This document shows, piece by piece, positions 14,119 to 23,517 of a stretch of DNA of 49,736 bases. A program made the position numbers and the translations under genes. Origin of the DNA: a bacterium. GTDB taxonomy: Bacteria; Patescibacteriota; Minisyncoccia; Phycocordibacterales; GWA1-40-21. Under the pieces are notes generated by a model. The model had not been told where the DNA came from. It was given only the letters and a program-made list of their open reading frames with translations, and did not search any database. Numbering within the stretch: position 1 is the stretch's first letter; each line of letters starts with the position of its first letter. Location of the stretch: positions 1-49,736 of the forward strand of contig JBAXQJ010000005.1 of assembly GCA_037131755.1 (NCBI GenBank). The letters run 5' to 3'.

Positions 14119-16254
14119 ATGAAAAAAAGAGAATTCTCTTTGGAAGTCGGTGGCAAGACAATGTCCGCTGAGTTCAACGATTTAGTCGAGAACGCGCACG
14201 GTTCCGTGATTTTGCGTTATGGCAATACGACCATCTTGGCTACGGCAGTCATCTCAAAAGAAGAAAAGGGTGCCGATTATCTACCTTTGACCGTTGATTA
14301 TGAGGAAAAGTTTTACGCTTCCGGCCAAATCCTCGGTAGCCGTTTCACAAGAAGGGAAGGCAAGCCATCTGACGAAGCTATTTTGTCTGGCCGCATCGCG
14401 GATCGAACCATTCGACCGCTCTTTGACCAGTGGATTCGCAATGATATTCAGGTCGTCATCACCGTTTTGTCGATCGACCAGGATGATCCGGACGTTTTGG
14501 GCGTCATCGCCTCTTCACTCGCCCTCGGGGTATCAAAAATTCCGTTTCATGGCCCAGTCTCGGCCGCCCGAGTTGGCAAACACAAAAATGATGGCTTTGA
14601 AATAAACCCTACCTATACCGAGAGAGAAAATGAGCAGTTTGAACTCGATCTCATTGCTTGCGGTAAGGATGGAAATATCAATATGATCGAGCTTGGCGGC
14701 GATGAAGCGCAAGAGAGCGTCATTATTGAAGCGATGAAAAAGGCGTCCGAGGAAATCGAGAAAATAAACGCTTGGCAGAAAAGAATTATCGAGGAAATCG
14801 GCGTACCAAAGATGTCCATTCCGGCTCCCGTGATGCCAGAATCGGTTGTGAAACTATTTGAAGAAAACATTTCACCGATTTTGGAAAGCTATGTGATGAG
14901 CGGCACTCCGGGCGGATCAAAAATCGGTGAAATTATGGATAAATGGATGAAATTGGCCAAAGAAAGCTTGTCCGAAGCGGAAGCTAAATTTGCCGAACAC
15001 CTGTTTGAAGAGAGAGTTGACACTTTGATCCACGAACAAGTCTTGAAAAACGACAAGCGAGCGGACGGTCGCGGGATTGACGAAATCCGACCGCTCTTTG
15101 CGCAGGCTGGCGGTATCTCACCAATCCTTCATGGCGTGGGAATATTCTATCGCGGAGGAACACATATCCTCACCGCGCTCACTTTGGGCGGACCAGGTGA
15201 TGCCCAAGTAATCGACGGCATGGAAGAATCATCGGAAGGAAAGAAATTTATGCACCATTACAACTTCCCGCCATTTTCAACCGGTGAAACTGGCCGAATG
15301 GGCGGCACCAATCGCCGAATGATCGGCCATGGCGCGTTAGCCGAAAAAGCTCTGCTCCCAATGATTCCTAAACAAGCTGATTTCCCTTATACAATCAGAC
15401 TGGTGTCGGAAGCTTTGGCTTCAAACGGTTCGACCTCGATGGGATCGGTCTGCGCTTCGACCATTGCCCTTATGGATGGTGGCGTACCGATGATCAAGCC
15501 GGTCGCGGGTATTGCATCCGGTCTTATGATGGATGACAAAGGTAATTTCAAAATCTTGACCGATATCCAGGGACCAGAAGACCATTATGGCGATATGGAT
15601 TTCAAAGTCGCCGGGACAAAAGACGGAGTCACCGCTATCCAAATGGATGTGAAAGTTTCTGGTGTGCCAATTCCAGCCCTCGCGGTCGCTTTTGATAAAG
15701 CCAAAATGGCTCGACTAAAAATATTGGACGTGATACTCGCGGCAATTCCAGGACCACGCAAAGAAATTTCGCCAAATGCGCCAAAGATTATGGTGCTCAA
15801 GATCAAGCAAGACCAGATTGGCGGGGTGATCGGTAGCGGCGGAAAGGTAATCAAGGAAATCAAAGAAAAGACAGGAGCAGAAATCGATATTGAGGATGAC
15901 GGAACGGTCTATTGTACCGGCAAGAACGGCTCGGCCGAGAAAGCTCGCGACATTATCGCTTCTATGACCCATGAATATAAAGCCGGGGAGAGATTTGTCG
16001 GTGAGGTGACCAAGATCACTGATTTCGGTGCCTTTGTAAAAATCGGTTACAATTCGGAAGGGTTGGTTCACGTTTCCGAGATTGCACCATTCCGCGTTGA
16101 CCAAGTCAGCGCCGTCCTGAAAGTTGGCGACAAAGTACCGGTCATTGTGAAAGGGATTGATGAGCGAGACCGAATCAGCCTGTCGATCAAAAGCGCTGAT
16201 CCCGCCTTCATCAAGAAACCGGAAGTGAAGACCGTCCCACCACCACAAGCTTAA
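14119..16254 (+). CDS. pnp: Polyribonucleotide nucleotidyltransferase (PNPase)
   Basis: 711 aa with two RNase PH domains followed by KH (GGVIGSGGKVIKEI) and S1 (GERFVGEVTKITDFGAFV) domains. Confidence 0.95.
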   Translation: MKKREFSLEVGGKTMSAEFNDLVENAHGSVILRYGNTTILATAVISKEEKGADYLPLTVDYEEKFYASGQILGSRFTRREGKPSDEAILSGRIADRTIRPLFDQWIRNDIQVVITVLSIDQDDPDVLGVIASSLALGVSKIPFHGPVSAARVGKHKNDGFEINPTYTERENEQFELDLIACGKDGNINMIELGGDEAQESVIIEAMKKASEEIEKINAWQKRIIEEIGVPKMSIPAPVMPESVVKLFEENISPILESYVMSGTPGGSKIGEIMDKWMKLAKESLSEAEAKFAEHLFEERVDTLIHEQVLKNDKRADGRGIDEIRPLFAQAGGISPILHGVGIFYRGGTHILTALTLGGPGDAQVIDGMEESSEGKKFMHHYNFPPFSTGETGRMGGTNRRMIGHGALAEKALLPMIPKQADFPYTIRLVSEALASNGSTSMGSVCASTIALMDGGVPMIKPVAGIASGLMMDDKGNFKILTDIQGPEDHYGDMDFKVAGTKDGVTAIQMDVKVSGVPIPALAVAFDKAKMARLKILDVILAAIPGPRKEISPNAPKIMVLKIKQDQIGGVIGSGGKVIKEIKEKTGAEIDIEDDGTVYCTGKNGSAEKARDIIASMTHEYKAGERFVGEVTKITDFGAFVKIGYNSEGLVHVSEIAPFRVDQVSAVLKVGDKVPVIVKGIDERDRISLSIKSADPAFIKKPEVKTVPPPQA

Positions 16255-16268
16255 AGATGAATAAAAAG

Positions 16269-16308
16269 AAACTGGCTGAAATTTGCTCCGCAAATTTCAG
16301 CCAGTTTT
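16269..16308 (+). terminator. Intrinsic terminator of pnp
   Basis: 18-bp perfect stem aaactggctgaaatttgc-tcc-gcaaatttcagccagttt plus a T. It lies inside the 5-prime end of track ORF 16257-17555. Confidence 0.75.
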
Positions 16309-16343
16309 CATCTAAACACCAACTATATGTTATAATAATGAAT

Positions 16344-17555
16344 ATGTTTCCCGATGATAATAAAAACAAGCTGACTTCTGATATTCCCGTTCATACTTAT
16401 AGGAATGACGACTCAAATCAGCCGACCGACAAAATCGCTCCAACTTTTGATGTTGACGACAAGATACCCAGAAAACCGCTCGCTTTGGACGACGATTTGT
16501 ACAAATCAGAAATTGATCCAATTTTCCAAAAACAGGCGGCAGATCAAAACAAACCAAAAGAAAATTTTACCCAAATAAAAACCGGCGTTTACAGCGTCCT
16601 TCAGAACCAGCAGTATGTGCCAGAGAAAAAAATCAATCCTCAGCCGGAACCGGCCGCCAACCCGTCACCAGCCAATGCGCCTAGCCAGTCCCGCCCAATC
16701 ATCAGGACCTACAAGAGCGACATCCAGGACATCATGAAGACTGACCATGTCTCATCCGTAAATATTGCCATCGCCGAAACCGAAAAAATGCGCTCAAAAA
16801 TCCAGAGCTCCGTTATCGAGGAAGCAAAAAAAGAATCAAATATCACAACCGTTATCCTGACGATCAGCTTGATCTTGGTGATTGTCGCGATCGGAATAAT
16901 CTTCTTGGTTTTTTCCGGCAACACCAACCCAGCAACGCAAAGCCAGACCGTAACGCCGATTTCCTTGTTTACTGCCGAACGCAACCAAGAGATAAATGTC
17001 GCTTCTTCGACCGCGATGATGCTCGGGACGACGATCAGAACTCAGATTAAAAATTCAACAATCAGCGTCAACAGCGTGGAAAATATCTTTCTGACCCAGA
17101 ACACAACCGCCGGCAAAACCCTTTTGAGCACCAGTGACCTTGTCTCTGTTTTAAACCTGACCTTGCCGGATATCCTAGAACGCTCTCTGACTTCAGACTA
17201 TATGATCGGTTTCTTCGCTTTCGGTCAAAACCTTCCTTTCTTGATTTTGAAGACTTCATCTTTTGAGAACGCCTATGCTGGAATGTTGCAATGGGAAAAA
17301 AACATCCGAAGCGACCTGGCGACCATATTTTCTCTACCGACAGAGACAGTCAGCCTGACTTCGCAAACCAATACCAAAGGTTTTGAGGATAAGGTCGTCG
17401 CCAACAACGACACCCGGATCCTGAAAGATAATTACGGGCAGACAATCCTACTCTATTCGATCATCGGCAAAGATACGATCATTATCAGTACCAGCGAGGT
17501 TTCTTTCAAAGAAGTGTTGGCAAGACTAAATCGGGAGAAAAGTCTCTCTCGTTGA
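16344..17555 (+). CDS. Membrane-anchored hypothetical protein
   Basis: Track ORF 16257-17555 trimmed. The pnp terminator occupies 16269-16308, and TGtTATAAT (16328-16336) lies 7 nt before the ATG at 16344. The protein has a disordered N-terminal part, one TM (ITTVILTISLILVIVAIGIIFLVF) and a C-terminal domain of unknown family. Confidence 0.6.
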   Translation: MFPDDNKNKLTSDIPVHTYRNDDSNQPTDKIAPTFDVDDKIPRKPLALDDDLYKSEIDPIFQKQAADQNKPKENFTQIKTGVYSVLQNQQYVPEKKINPQPEPAANPSPANAPSQSRPIIRTYKSDIQDIMKTDHVSSVNIAIAETEKMRSKIQSSVIEEAKKESNITTVILTISLILVIVAIGIIFLVFSGNTNPATQSQTVTPISLFTAERNQEINVASSTAMMLGTTIRTQIKNSTISVNSVENIFLTQNTTAGKTLLSTSDLVSVLNLTLPDILERSLTSDYMIGFFAFGQNLPFLILKTSSFENAYAGMLQWEKNIRSDLATIFSLPTETVSLTSQTNTKGFEDKVVANNDTRILKDNYGQTILLYSIIGKDTIIISTSEVSFKEVLARLNREKSLSR

Positions 17556-17561
17556 AAGTCA

Positions 17562-17660
17562 CTCGCCACCACCTTTTTAGAGCACGGATATTTTCTTGCT
17601 AGAAAATTCCTCGAGTTCGGCTCAGTCAGCCTCACTAGTCTCTAAAAAGGCGGTGGCTCG
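17562..17660 (+). repeat. Structured intergenic element, family TTTTTAGAGCACGGATATTTTCTTGCTAGAAAATTCCTCGAG (copy A)
   Basis: The core 17574-17648 is closed by TTTTTAGAG/CTCTAAAAA and extended by a locus-specific outer stem (ctcgccaccacc / ggcggtggctcg). It starts 7 nt after the upstream stop codon. Confidence 0.8.
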
Positions 17661-17718
17661 TTCCCACTACAATTCATCTGTTATTTTAATTTTTCATAGA
17701 TTGTGATATCCTTATATT

Positions 17719-18075
17719 ATGATCGATACAAACAAATACAAAACAATATTGGAAGCGGAAAAGGCCAGATTAACAGAAGAATTAGAGTCGATTGGCAAAA
17801 GAAACTCAGCGAGCCAGTTCGGTTGGGAAGCGGTAGAAACGGATTTGGATTCTGATTCTGCCGATGAAAACGAAGTGGCGGATGAGATTGAAGATTTCGG
17901 CGAAAACAAAGGAATCGTCGAAAAGCTTGCTCCGCAATTAGTTGACGTCGAAAAAGCCTTGGACAAGATCTCCGAAGGCACTTATGGCAAATGCGATGCC
18001 TGCGGCGAAGAAATTCCCGAAGCTCGCCTCGAAGCCAATCCAGCGGCAACGACCTGCATGGCACATACCAAATAA
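17719..18075 (+). CDS. DksA/TraR-family C4 zinc-finger protein
   Basis: 118 aa with an acidic coiled-coil N-terminus and CDACGEEIPEARLEANPAATTC. Confidence 0.8.
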   Translation: MIDTNKYKTILEAEKARLTEELESIGKRNSASQFGWEAVETDLDSDSADENEVADEIEDFGENKGIVEKLAPQLVDVEKALDKISEGTYGKCDACGEEIPEARLEANPAATTCMAHTK

Positions 18076-18106
18076 GTAGGTAGTATTCTGGATATAGTAG
18101 ATTGAG

Positions 18107-18131
18107 AAAAAAACGCCTGACGGCGTTTTTT
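18107..18131 (+). terminator. Intrinsic terminator
   Basis: aaaaaaacgcc-tga-c-ggcgtttttt. Confidence 0.7.
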
Positions 18132-18267
18132 ATCTTGGAATAAACTTATTTACTTTTTATTTTTTAATTAAACACATGTTATACTAATTGTAGTTAATTT
18201 TATAAATATGCAGATGACTAATTTTTTATTTTAGATTGTCATTTTGCACTTTGATTTTTTAATTTAT

Positions 18268-19887
18268 ATGTCTTTTGCCAAAACTTATAGTGCTCAACCC
18301 TCCGTTCTCGGGGCCAAGATCATCGACGTCGAGGTCGATATCTCGAACGGTTTAAACGCCTTTACCATTGTTGGCTTGCCAGACAAAGGAGTTGAGGAAG
18401 CAAAAGATCGCATGTCCGCCGCCGTCAAAAACTCCGGTTTCACATCGCCCAAACAATGCAATCAAAAGGTGGTTGTTTCACTCGCCCCAGCCGATATCAA
18501 GAAAGAAGGTCCCGTCTTTGATGTGGCGATGGCTTTGGCTTATCTCATAGCCAATGAAGACATCGACTTTGATCCCAAGAAAAAATTATTCCTTGGTGAA
18601 TTGTCTTTGGATGGCAAACTGCGCAAAATTTCCGGTGTCCTCCCGGCCGTAGCTGAGGCTAAAAGAAAAGGTTTCACCGAAGTCTATCTGCCAAAAGACA
18701 ATGCCAAGGAAGCGGCCCTGATCGACGGCATAAATATTTTCGGAGCGGAAAATTTAGCTGAGATTATCGACCATCTGACTTTTGTTGAGGAAAAAAGTAA
18801 CAAGAAAAATGACCTGGAATATTTTGAAGCATCAGAGACGAAAAATAAAAACCATTTCAAAAAAGATAAGGTAAAAATTGCCTGTCAGCCAAAAACAAAA
18901 ATAGAATATCCGGACGTTGAAAGTCTCATCGATTTTGCCGACGTCAAAGGGCAGGAGAGTGCCAAGCGCGGCCTGGAAATTGCTGCTGCCGGTGGCCACA
19001 ATCTGGTCATGTTTGGACCGCCAGGAACGGGGAAGACAATGCTCGCTAAAGCCTTTTCGGGAATTTTACCGCCCCTATCTTTCGATGAAATAATCGAGAT
19101 CACCGGAATACATTCCGTCGCCGGAACTTTGCGTGGTGATATTATTTCCACTCCGCCAGTTCGCGCACCACATCATACTGCCTCGTATGTTTCACTAGTG
19201 GGTGGCGGGAATATTCCCAAGCCGGGCGAAGTGACCTTGGCTCATCGCGGGGTTTTGTTTCTTGATGAATTTCCCGAGTTTGATAAAAAAGTTTTGGAGA
19301 CTTTGCGTCAACCGCTCGAAGACCGGGAGATCAGCATATCCCGCGCCCGTGGCACAATTCTTTTCCCAGCCCAATTCATTCTGATTGCCGCCATGAATCC
19401 TTGCCCATGCGGAAATTTCGGCTCCAAGCTGAAAGAATGCATCTGCCGTCCGACCGATTTGCTTAAATATCAGAGAAAAGTTTCCGGACCGATCATGGAC
19501 CGTATCGATATGTGGGTCGAGGTTTCGCAGATCAATCACTCCGATCTATCGGGAAAAACCAAGGTGACAGAAAAAATAAACGACGAAGTGAAAAGACGCG
19601 TCGCCAAGGCGAGAAAAATGCAGGAAGAAAGGTTTGCCAAAGCCGGTCGGAAAATAAAGACGAACAGCGAAATGTCTTCGCGGGACATAAGCAACATTAT
19701 AAATATTGATGGGGAAGTAAAAAATATCTTGGACAAGTCCGCCCAAAAATTAGGCCTGTCCGCTCGTGCCTATCATCGCCTGATCAAGCTCGCTCGGACG
19801 ATCGCCGACCTGGATAACAAAAAAGAAATTGAGACGACACATATTTTGGAGGCGTTGCAATATCGGCCAAAGTTAGCAAGTATATAG
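18268..19887 (+). CDS. comM: YifB/ComM family Mg-chelatase-like AAA+ protein
   Basis: Lon-protease-like N-domain, Walker A GPPGTGKT, GVLFLDEFPEF, and a C-terminal ChlI-type region. The ATG at 18268 is preferred over the TTG at 18244. Confidence 0.88.
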   Translation: MSFAKTYSAQPSVLGAKIIDVEVDISNGLNAFTIVGLPDKGVEEAKDRMSAAVKNSGFTSPKQCNQKVVVSLAPADIKKEGPVFDVAMALAYLIANEDIDFDPKKKLFLGELSLDGKLRKISGVLPAVAEAKRKGFTEVYLPKDNAKEAALIDGINIFGAENLAEIIDHLTFVEEKSNKKNDLEYFEASETKNKNHFKKDKVKIACQPKTKIEYPDVESLIDFADVKGQESAKRGLEIAAAGGHNLVMFGPPGTGKTMLAKAFSGILPPLSFDEIIEITGIHSVAGTLRGDIISTPPVRAPHHTASYVSLVGGGNIPKPGEVTLAHRGVLFLDEFPEFDKKVLETLRQPLEDREISISRARGTILFPAQFILIAAMNPCPCGNFGSKLKECICRPTDLLKYQRKVSGPIMDRIDMWVEVSQINHSDLSGKTKVTEKINDEVKRRVAKARKMQEERFAKAGRKIKTNSEMSSRDISNIINIDGEVKNILDKSAQKLGLSARAYHRLIKLARTIADLDNKKEIETTHILEALQYRPKLASI

Positions 19888-19930
19888 TAGATAGTAGTTT
19901 GTAGATCGTATATTGTAAGATTGTGGACAG

Positions 19931-19973
19931 AGATAAAAACGAATTCTTGCTTTGCAAGAATTCGTTTTTATCT
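19931..19973. terminator. 20-bp perfect hairpin
   Basis: agataaaaacgaattcttgc-ttt-gcaagaattcgtttttatct, between the convergent comM and M23 peptidase genes. Confidence 0.65.
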
Positions 19974-20010
19974 ATCCTATCTACTATCTACAAAATACTT
20001 ACCACAATAA

Positions 20011-20056
20011 AATCCCTTCTAAAAAAACGCCGGCCGGCGTTTTTTTAGAAGGGATT
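20011..20056. terminator. 46-nt perfect palindrome overlapping the M23 peptidase stop codon
   Basis: aatcccttctaaaaaaacgccgg / ccggcgtttttttagaagggatt. The right arm encodes the last codons (KNPF-stop) of the minus-strand gene. Confidence 0.6.
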
Positions 20057-21208
20057 TTTCGCACCGCGAATTTCGAAATGCAAATGCGGGCCAGTAGACT
20101 TGCCGGTATTTCCGGAATAGCCAATGAGCTGTCCTTGGACCACAACATCGCCGACAGAAACCACGACTTTGCTCATATGGCCATAAACCGTTTGCGTGCC
20201 GTTTGGATGCTGGATGGCAACATAGTTGCCGTAACCGCCGTTGTACTTGCCATTATTCTTGGCAATAATCACCTTACCGGAAGCGGCGGCCCAAAGAGGA
20301 GTGCCGATCGGCATACCATAATCCACGCCGTTATAGCCGTGCAAGCCCTGAGTCTTGTGTCCGCCCACAAATGGCTTCATATAATAACCGACATACTCCG
20401 GACCGCTGGCGCCAGCATAATAATGCGAAGCAGTCGATGGTTTTTTTGATGTGGCTGGCGCTGGACTAGAAATATCGCCATCGGGCACGATCACGGTATC
20501 ACCGATAGATAATTTATCGGTAACTTTCAAACCGTTATACTGAGCGATTTCGTCGACATCACCACCATATTTTTTGGCAATGGATTTCAAAGTATCACCC
20601 TTGGCCACGGTATGAATCACGCCAGTGATTGGCAAAATAACCAAAGTCTGACCTTCCTTGAGGGAAGAATTTTTTGTTAAATCATTCGCCCAGAGAACAG
20701 TGTTGGCAGACACATCAAACATCTTGGCAATTGCAGCGACGGTGTCACCCTTGTGGACGACATAGGTATTGATCTGGCCGTTATTGCTTTCCTCAATGAT
20801 ATCTGGAGCAGTATTTGATGGACCGGTTTCTGGCAACAGAGCTTCATTTCCGGTAATAGCCACATCGACAGGAGTCTTGGTACTGGTCAGATCCGGGGTA
20901 GCCGCCGATTCCAACAAGGACATTGTTTGGGAATTACCTTCAGAATCATTGGTTGTGGAGGCACTTTGCTCTGGGGTCTGGATATAAGTATCGGTTTGAG
21001 CTGAGGCATCATTTCCGGAGAAAAGATTAGACAAGAAAGACAAAATGCCGGCGTGGGTAACGTTCGGCATAGACATAATCATAATGATCGGCAACAAAAC
21101 GACAAGAGACTTCCCTGAGGAAAGTCCGATAAATCTAGCTATTTTGGCCAAACCTTCCTTTTTGGAGAGAACGGGAAGCTGGCTATTGTTGTTTCTTATG
21201 TTTGACAT
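20045..21208 (-). CDS. LysM-domain M23 family metallopeptidase
   Basis: 387 aa with an N-terminal TM/signal, two LysM repeats (YVVHKGDTVAAIAKMF..., HTVAKGDTLKSIAKKY...) and M23 motifs (HNGVDY, HLHFEIR). Confidence 0.9.
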   Translation of the reverse strand: MSNIRNNNSQLPVLSKKEGLAKIARFIGLSSGKSLVVLLPIIMIMSMPNVTHAGILSFLSNLFSGNDASAQTDTYIQTPEQSASTTNDSEGNSQTMSLLESAATPDLTSTKTPVDVAITGNEALLPETGPSNTAPDIIEESNNGQINTYVVHKGDTVAAIAKMFDVSANTVLWANDLTKNSSLKEGQTLVILPITGVIHTVAKGDTLKSIAKKYGGDVDEIAQYNGLKVTDKLSIGDTVIVPDGDISSPAPATSKKPSTASHYYAGASGPEYVGYYMKPFVGGHKTQGLHGYNGVDYGMPIGTPLWAAASGKVIIAKNNGKYNGGYGNYVAIQHPNGTQTVYGHMSKVVVSVGDVVVQGQLIGYSGNTGKSTGPHLHFEIRGAKNPF

Positions 21209-21447
21209 AATCGAGGCAGATCGGACAAACAGAAATTCAACCTTTTTGGTCGAGAATATGGGAAAACTATCATCCTGCCTACCAAACCATAATAGCAGAA
21301 AAACACCCCAAAATCAACGACTTGGGGGATTGCCTGTGGATATCTCCAAATACATATATGGCTAATTATAAGGACTTTTTGTCGTCTTAATCTTGACTGC
21401 ATAGATATTTTTATTGTAAGATGTTAAGAAAAGGAGATGTTTAGACA

Positions 21448-21470
21448 GGCCCGGCCGCGGCGGCCGGGCC
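21448..21470. repeat. GC-only 23-nt palindrome in a divergent promoter region
   Basis: ggcccggccgc-g-gcggccgggcc, 11-bp arms composed only of G and C, in an otherwise AT-rich spacer. Two ATCCACA words follow it. Confidence 0.7.
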
Positions 21471-21524
21471 GATCCACACTCAATCCACATAAGAACTTTG
21501 TATATTCCGTGCTATATTATGCGG

Positions 21525-23492
21525 ATGAATTCACTTTTCAATGAAAATAATTACTTATCAGGCTTAAATGAACGCCAAAAAGAGGCGGTTTTACATACCG
21601 AAGGTCCTTTACTCGTCTTTGCGGGGGCTGGAGCGGGTAAAACCAAGACCGTCACCCATCGGATTATGCATCTCATCAAGAATGGGGTGGAGCCAAAGAA
21701 TATCCTAGCTATCACTTTTACCAACAAAGCTGCCAAAGAAATGCGCGACCGGGTAATGACGGCAATTGAAAACGACCCAGGACTAAAAACCATCTCTCCG
21801 GCCGAAAAACCGTTCTTGAGCACTTTTCATTCCCTCGGCGTCCATATCATCAAGGAAAACGCCCGGATGATCGGCTTGACCCGTCATTTTTCAATATTCG
21901 ACAAAAGCGATTCACTGAAAACCGTTCGCGACATCATCAAAGATATGGGTTTGGATATCAAGCTGTATGAACCGGGAAAAATCTTGGGAATAATTTCTCG
22001 CGAGAAAAGCAACCTGCTCGAGGCGGAGGAGTATCGTGAGACGCTTCAGGGTGAAAATTTTACTGGCTGGCACGGACTGGTCGCGCAAGTCTGGCTGCAA
22101 TATGAAAAGAAATTGGCCGAAGAAAAAGCCTTGGACTTTGATGACCTGCTATTAAAAACCTACAAAATACTAAAAAACCACCCGGACATCTTGGAGAAAT
22201 ATCAAAACACTTGGAAATATATCCACGTCGACGAGTACCAGGACACGAACAAGGTGCAATATATGACCGTGAAATTGTTGGCGGAGAAAAACAAGAACCT
22301 CTGCGTCGTCGGAGATATCGATCAGAACATTTACAGCTGGCGCGGAGCCGACATCAAGAACATTATGAATTTTGAAAAAGATTATCCGCAAGCCAAGATC
22401 GTTCTCTTGGAACAGAACTATCGTTCCACACAGACGATCTTGTCAGTCGCCAATGAGATAATCAAAAAAAATACCGACCGGGTCGAAAAAAATCTTTTCA
22501 CCGAGAACGAAGAGGGAGAAAAAGTCTCAATTTTCTGCGCTCACAATGAAAACGAAGAGGCCCAGTACGTCGCCAACAAGGCCAAAGAATTGATCGGGCA
22601 GGGAGTTGCGCCTCGAGAAATAGCTATACTATACCGGGCTAATTTCCAATCACGGGCAATTGAAGAAGCTTTTCTGACCCACAGTCTTCCTTACCAGGTC
22701 TTGGGAACAAAATTCTTTGACCGAAAAGAAGTGAAGGATGTAATTTCTTTTCTACGGGCAGGATTGAATCAGGAAAGTTTGACGGATATCAAAAGGATAA
22801 TCAATGTTCCGGCCCGAGGCCTGGGCAAGGTGACAATATTAAAGGTCTTTGCCGGCGAAAAAGATACCTTACCGGCGGCAGCCAAAAAGAAAGTCGATGA
22901 TTTTTATGTATTGCTGCGACGGATCGAACAGGAAGCCCTAGAAAAAAAACCGTCCGAGGTAATCAGATTTATCATCAAAGAGTCCGGCCTGGAAGATGAA
23001 CTGAAAGCGGGAAATGCCGAGGACCGCGAGCGGTTGGAAAACATGCGCGAGTTGGCCACCTTGGCCATCAAATACGATTACTTGCCGCTCGGCGAGGGAA
23101 TAGAGAAACTGATCGAGGAAGCGGCGCTCGCAACCGACCAGGACTCGCTGGAAAAAAATGAAAATGCCGTAAAGTTGATGACCGTGCATGCCGCCAAGGG
23201 TTTGGAATTTGATTATGTTTTTATTACCGGCCTCGAGGAAGATCTTTTTCCGCATCAAAAAATCGGCACAATTAATAACAAGGAACACTCGGAAGAGGAG
23301 AGGCGGCTGTTTTATGTCGCGATCACTCGAGCCAGAAAAAAACTCTTTATGACTTTTACGGAAACACGAACGATTTTTGGTTCAACCCAAGTCAATTCGC
23401 CATCAACTTTCTTGTCGGACATCGACCCGCTCTTTACCGAAGAAGACCGGTCGTTTGAATATCGGGAAAAGATTATCTACTTGGAATTGTAG
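21525..23492 (+). CDS. pcrA: UvrD/PcrA-type ATP-dependent DNA helicase
   Basis: LNERQKEAV, AGAGAGKT, VDEYQDTN, QNYRST, and VHAAKGLEFD in the C-terminal region. The start at 21525 is placed 6 nt after TGcTATATT (21510-21518). Confidence 0.9.
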   Translation: MNSLFNENNYLSGLNERQKEAVLHTEGPLLVFAGAGAGKTKTVTHRIMHLIKNGVEPKNILAITFTNKAAKEMRDRVMTAIENDPGLKTISPAEKPFLSTFHSLGVHIIKENARMIGLTRHFSIFDKSDSLKTVRDIIKDMGLDIKLYEPGKILGIISREKSNLLEAEEYRETLQGENFTGWHGLVAQVWLQYEKKLAEEKALDFDDLLLKTYKILKNHPDILEKYQNTWKYIHVDEYQDTNKVQYMTVKLLAEKNKNLCVVGDIDQNIYSWRGADIKNIMNFEKDYPQAKIVLLEQNYRSTQTILSVANEIIKKNTDRVEKNLFTENEEGEKVSIFCAHNENEEAQYVANKAKELIGQGVAPREIAILYRANFQSRAIEEAFLTHSLPYQVLGTKFFDRKEVKDVISFLRAGLNQESLTDIKRIINVPARGLGKVTILKVFAGEKDTLPAAAKKKVDDFYVLLRRIEQEALEKKPSEVIRFIIKESGLEDELKAGNAEDRERLENMRELATLAIKYDYLPLGEGIEKLIEEAALATDQDSLEKNENAVKLMTVHAAKGLEFDYVFITGLEEDLFPHQKIGTINNKEHSEEERRLFYVAITRARKKLFMTFTETRTIFGSTQVNSPSTFLSDIDPLFTEEDRSFEYREKIIYLEL

Positions 23493-23517
23493 CTTGGTAA
23501 GTGCTAGTATATTAAAT

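Noticed and set aside
16257-16343. N-terminal 29 codons of track ORF 16257-17555.
   Set aside because: This stretch contains the 18-bp perfect pnp terminator hairpin (16269-16308). A TGtTATAAT box sits 7 nt before the internal ATG at 16344. The shorter start is preferred.
17574-17648. The repeat core reads TTTTTAGAGC...CTAGAAAAT, superficially like the Cas9 repeat:anti-repeat/sgRNA scaffold (GTTTTAGAGCTA-GAAA-TAGC).
   Set aside because: The similarity is limited to short AT-rich words. There is no CRISPR array, no regularly spaced repeats and no cas gene anywhere in the window. The copies are dispersed and sit after stop codons.
21437-21550. 37-aa ORF starting at the ATG abutting GGAG and running through the GC palindrome into pcrA.
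   Set aside because: The SD-to-ATG spacing is zero, the ORF overlaps the pcrA promoter and start, and its Arg/Pro-rich translation simply reflects the GC palindrome.
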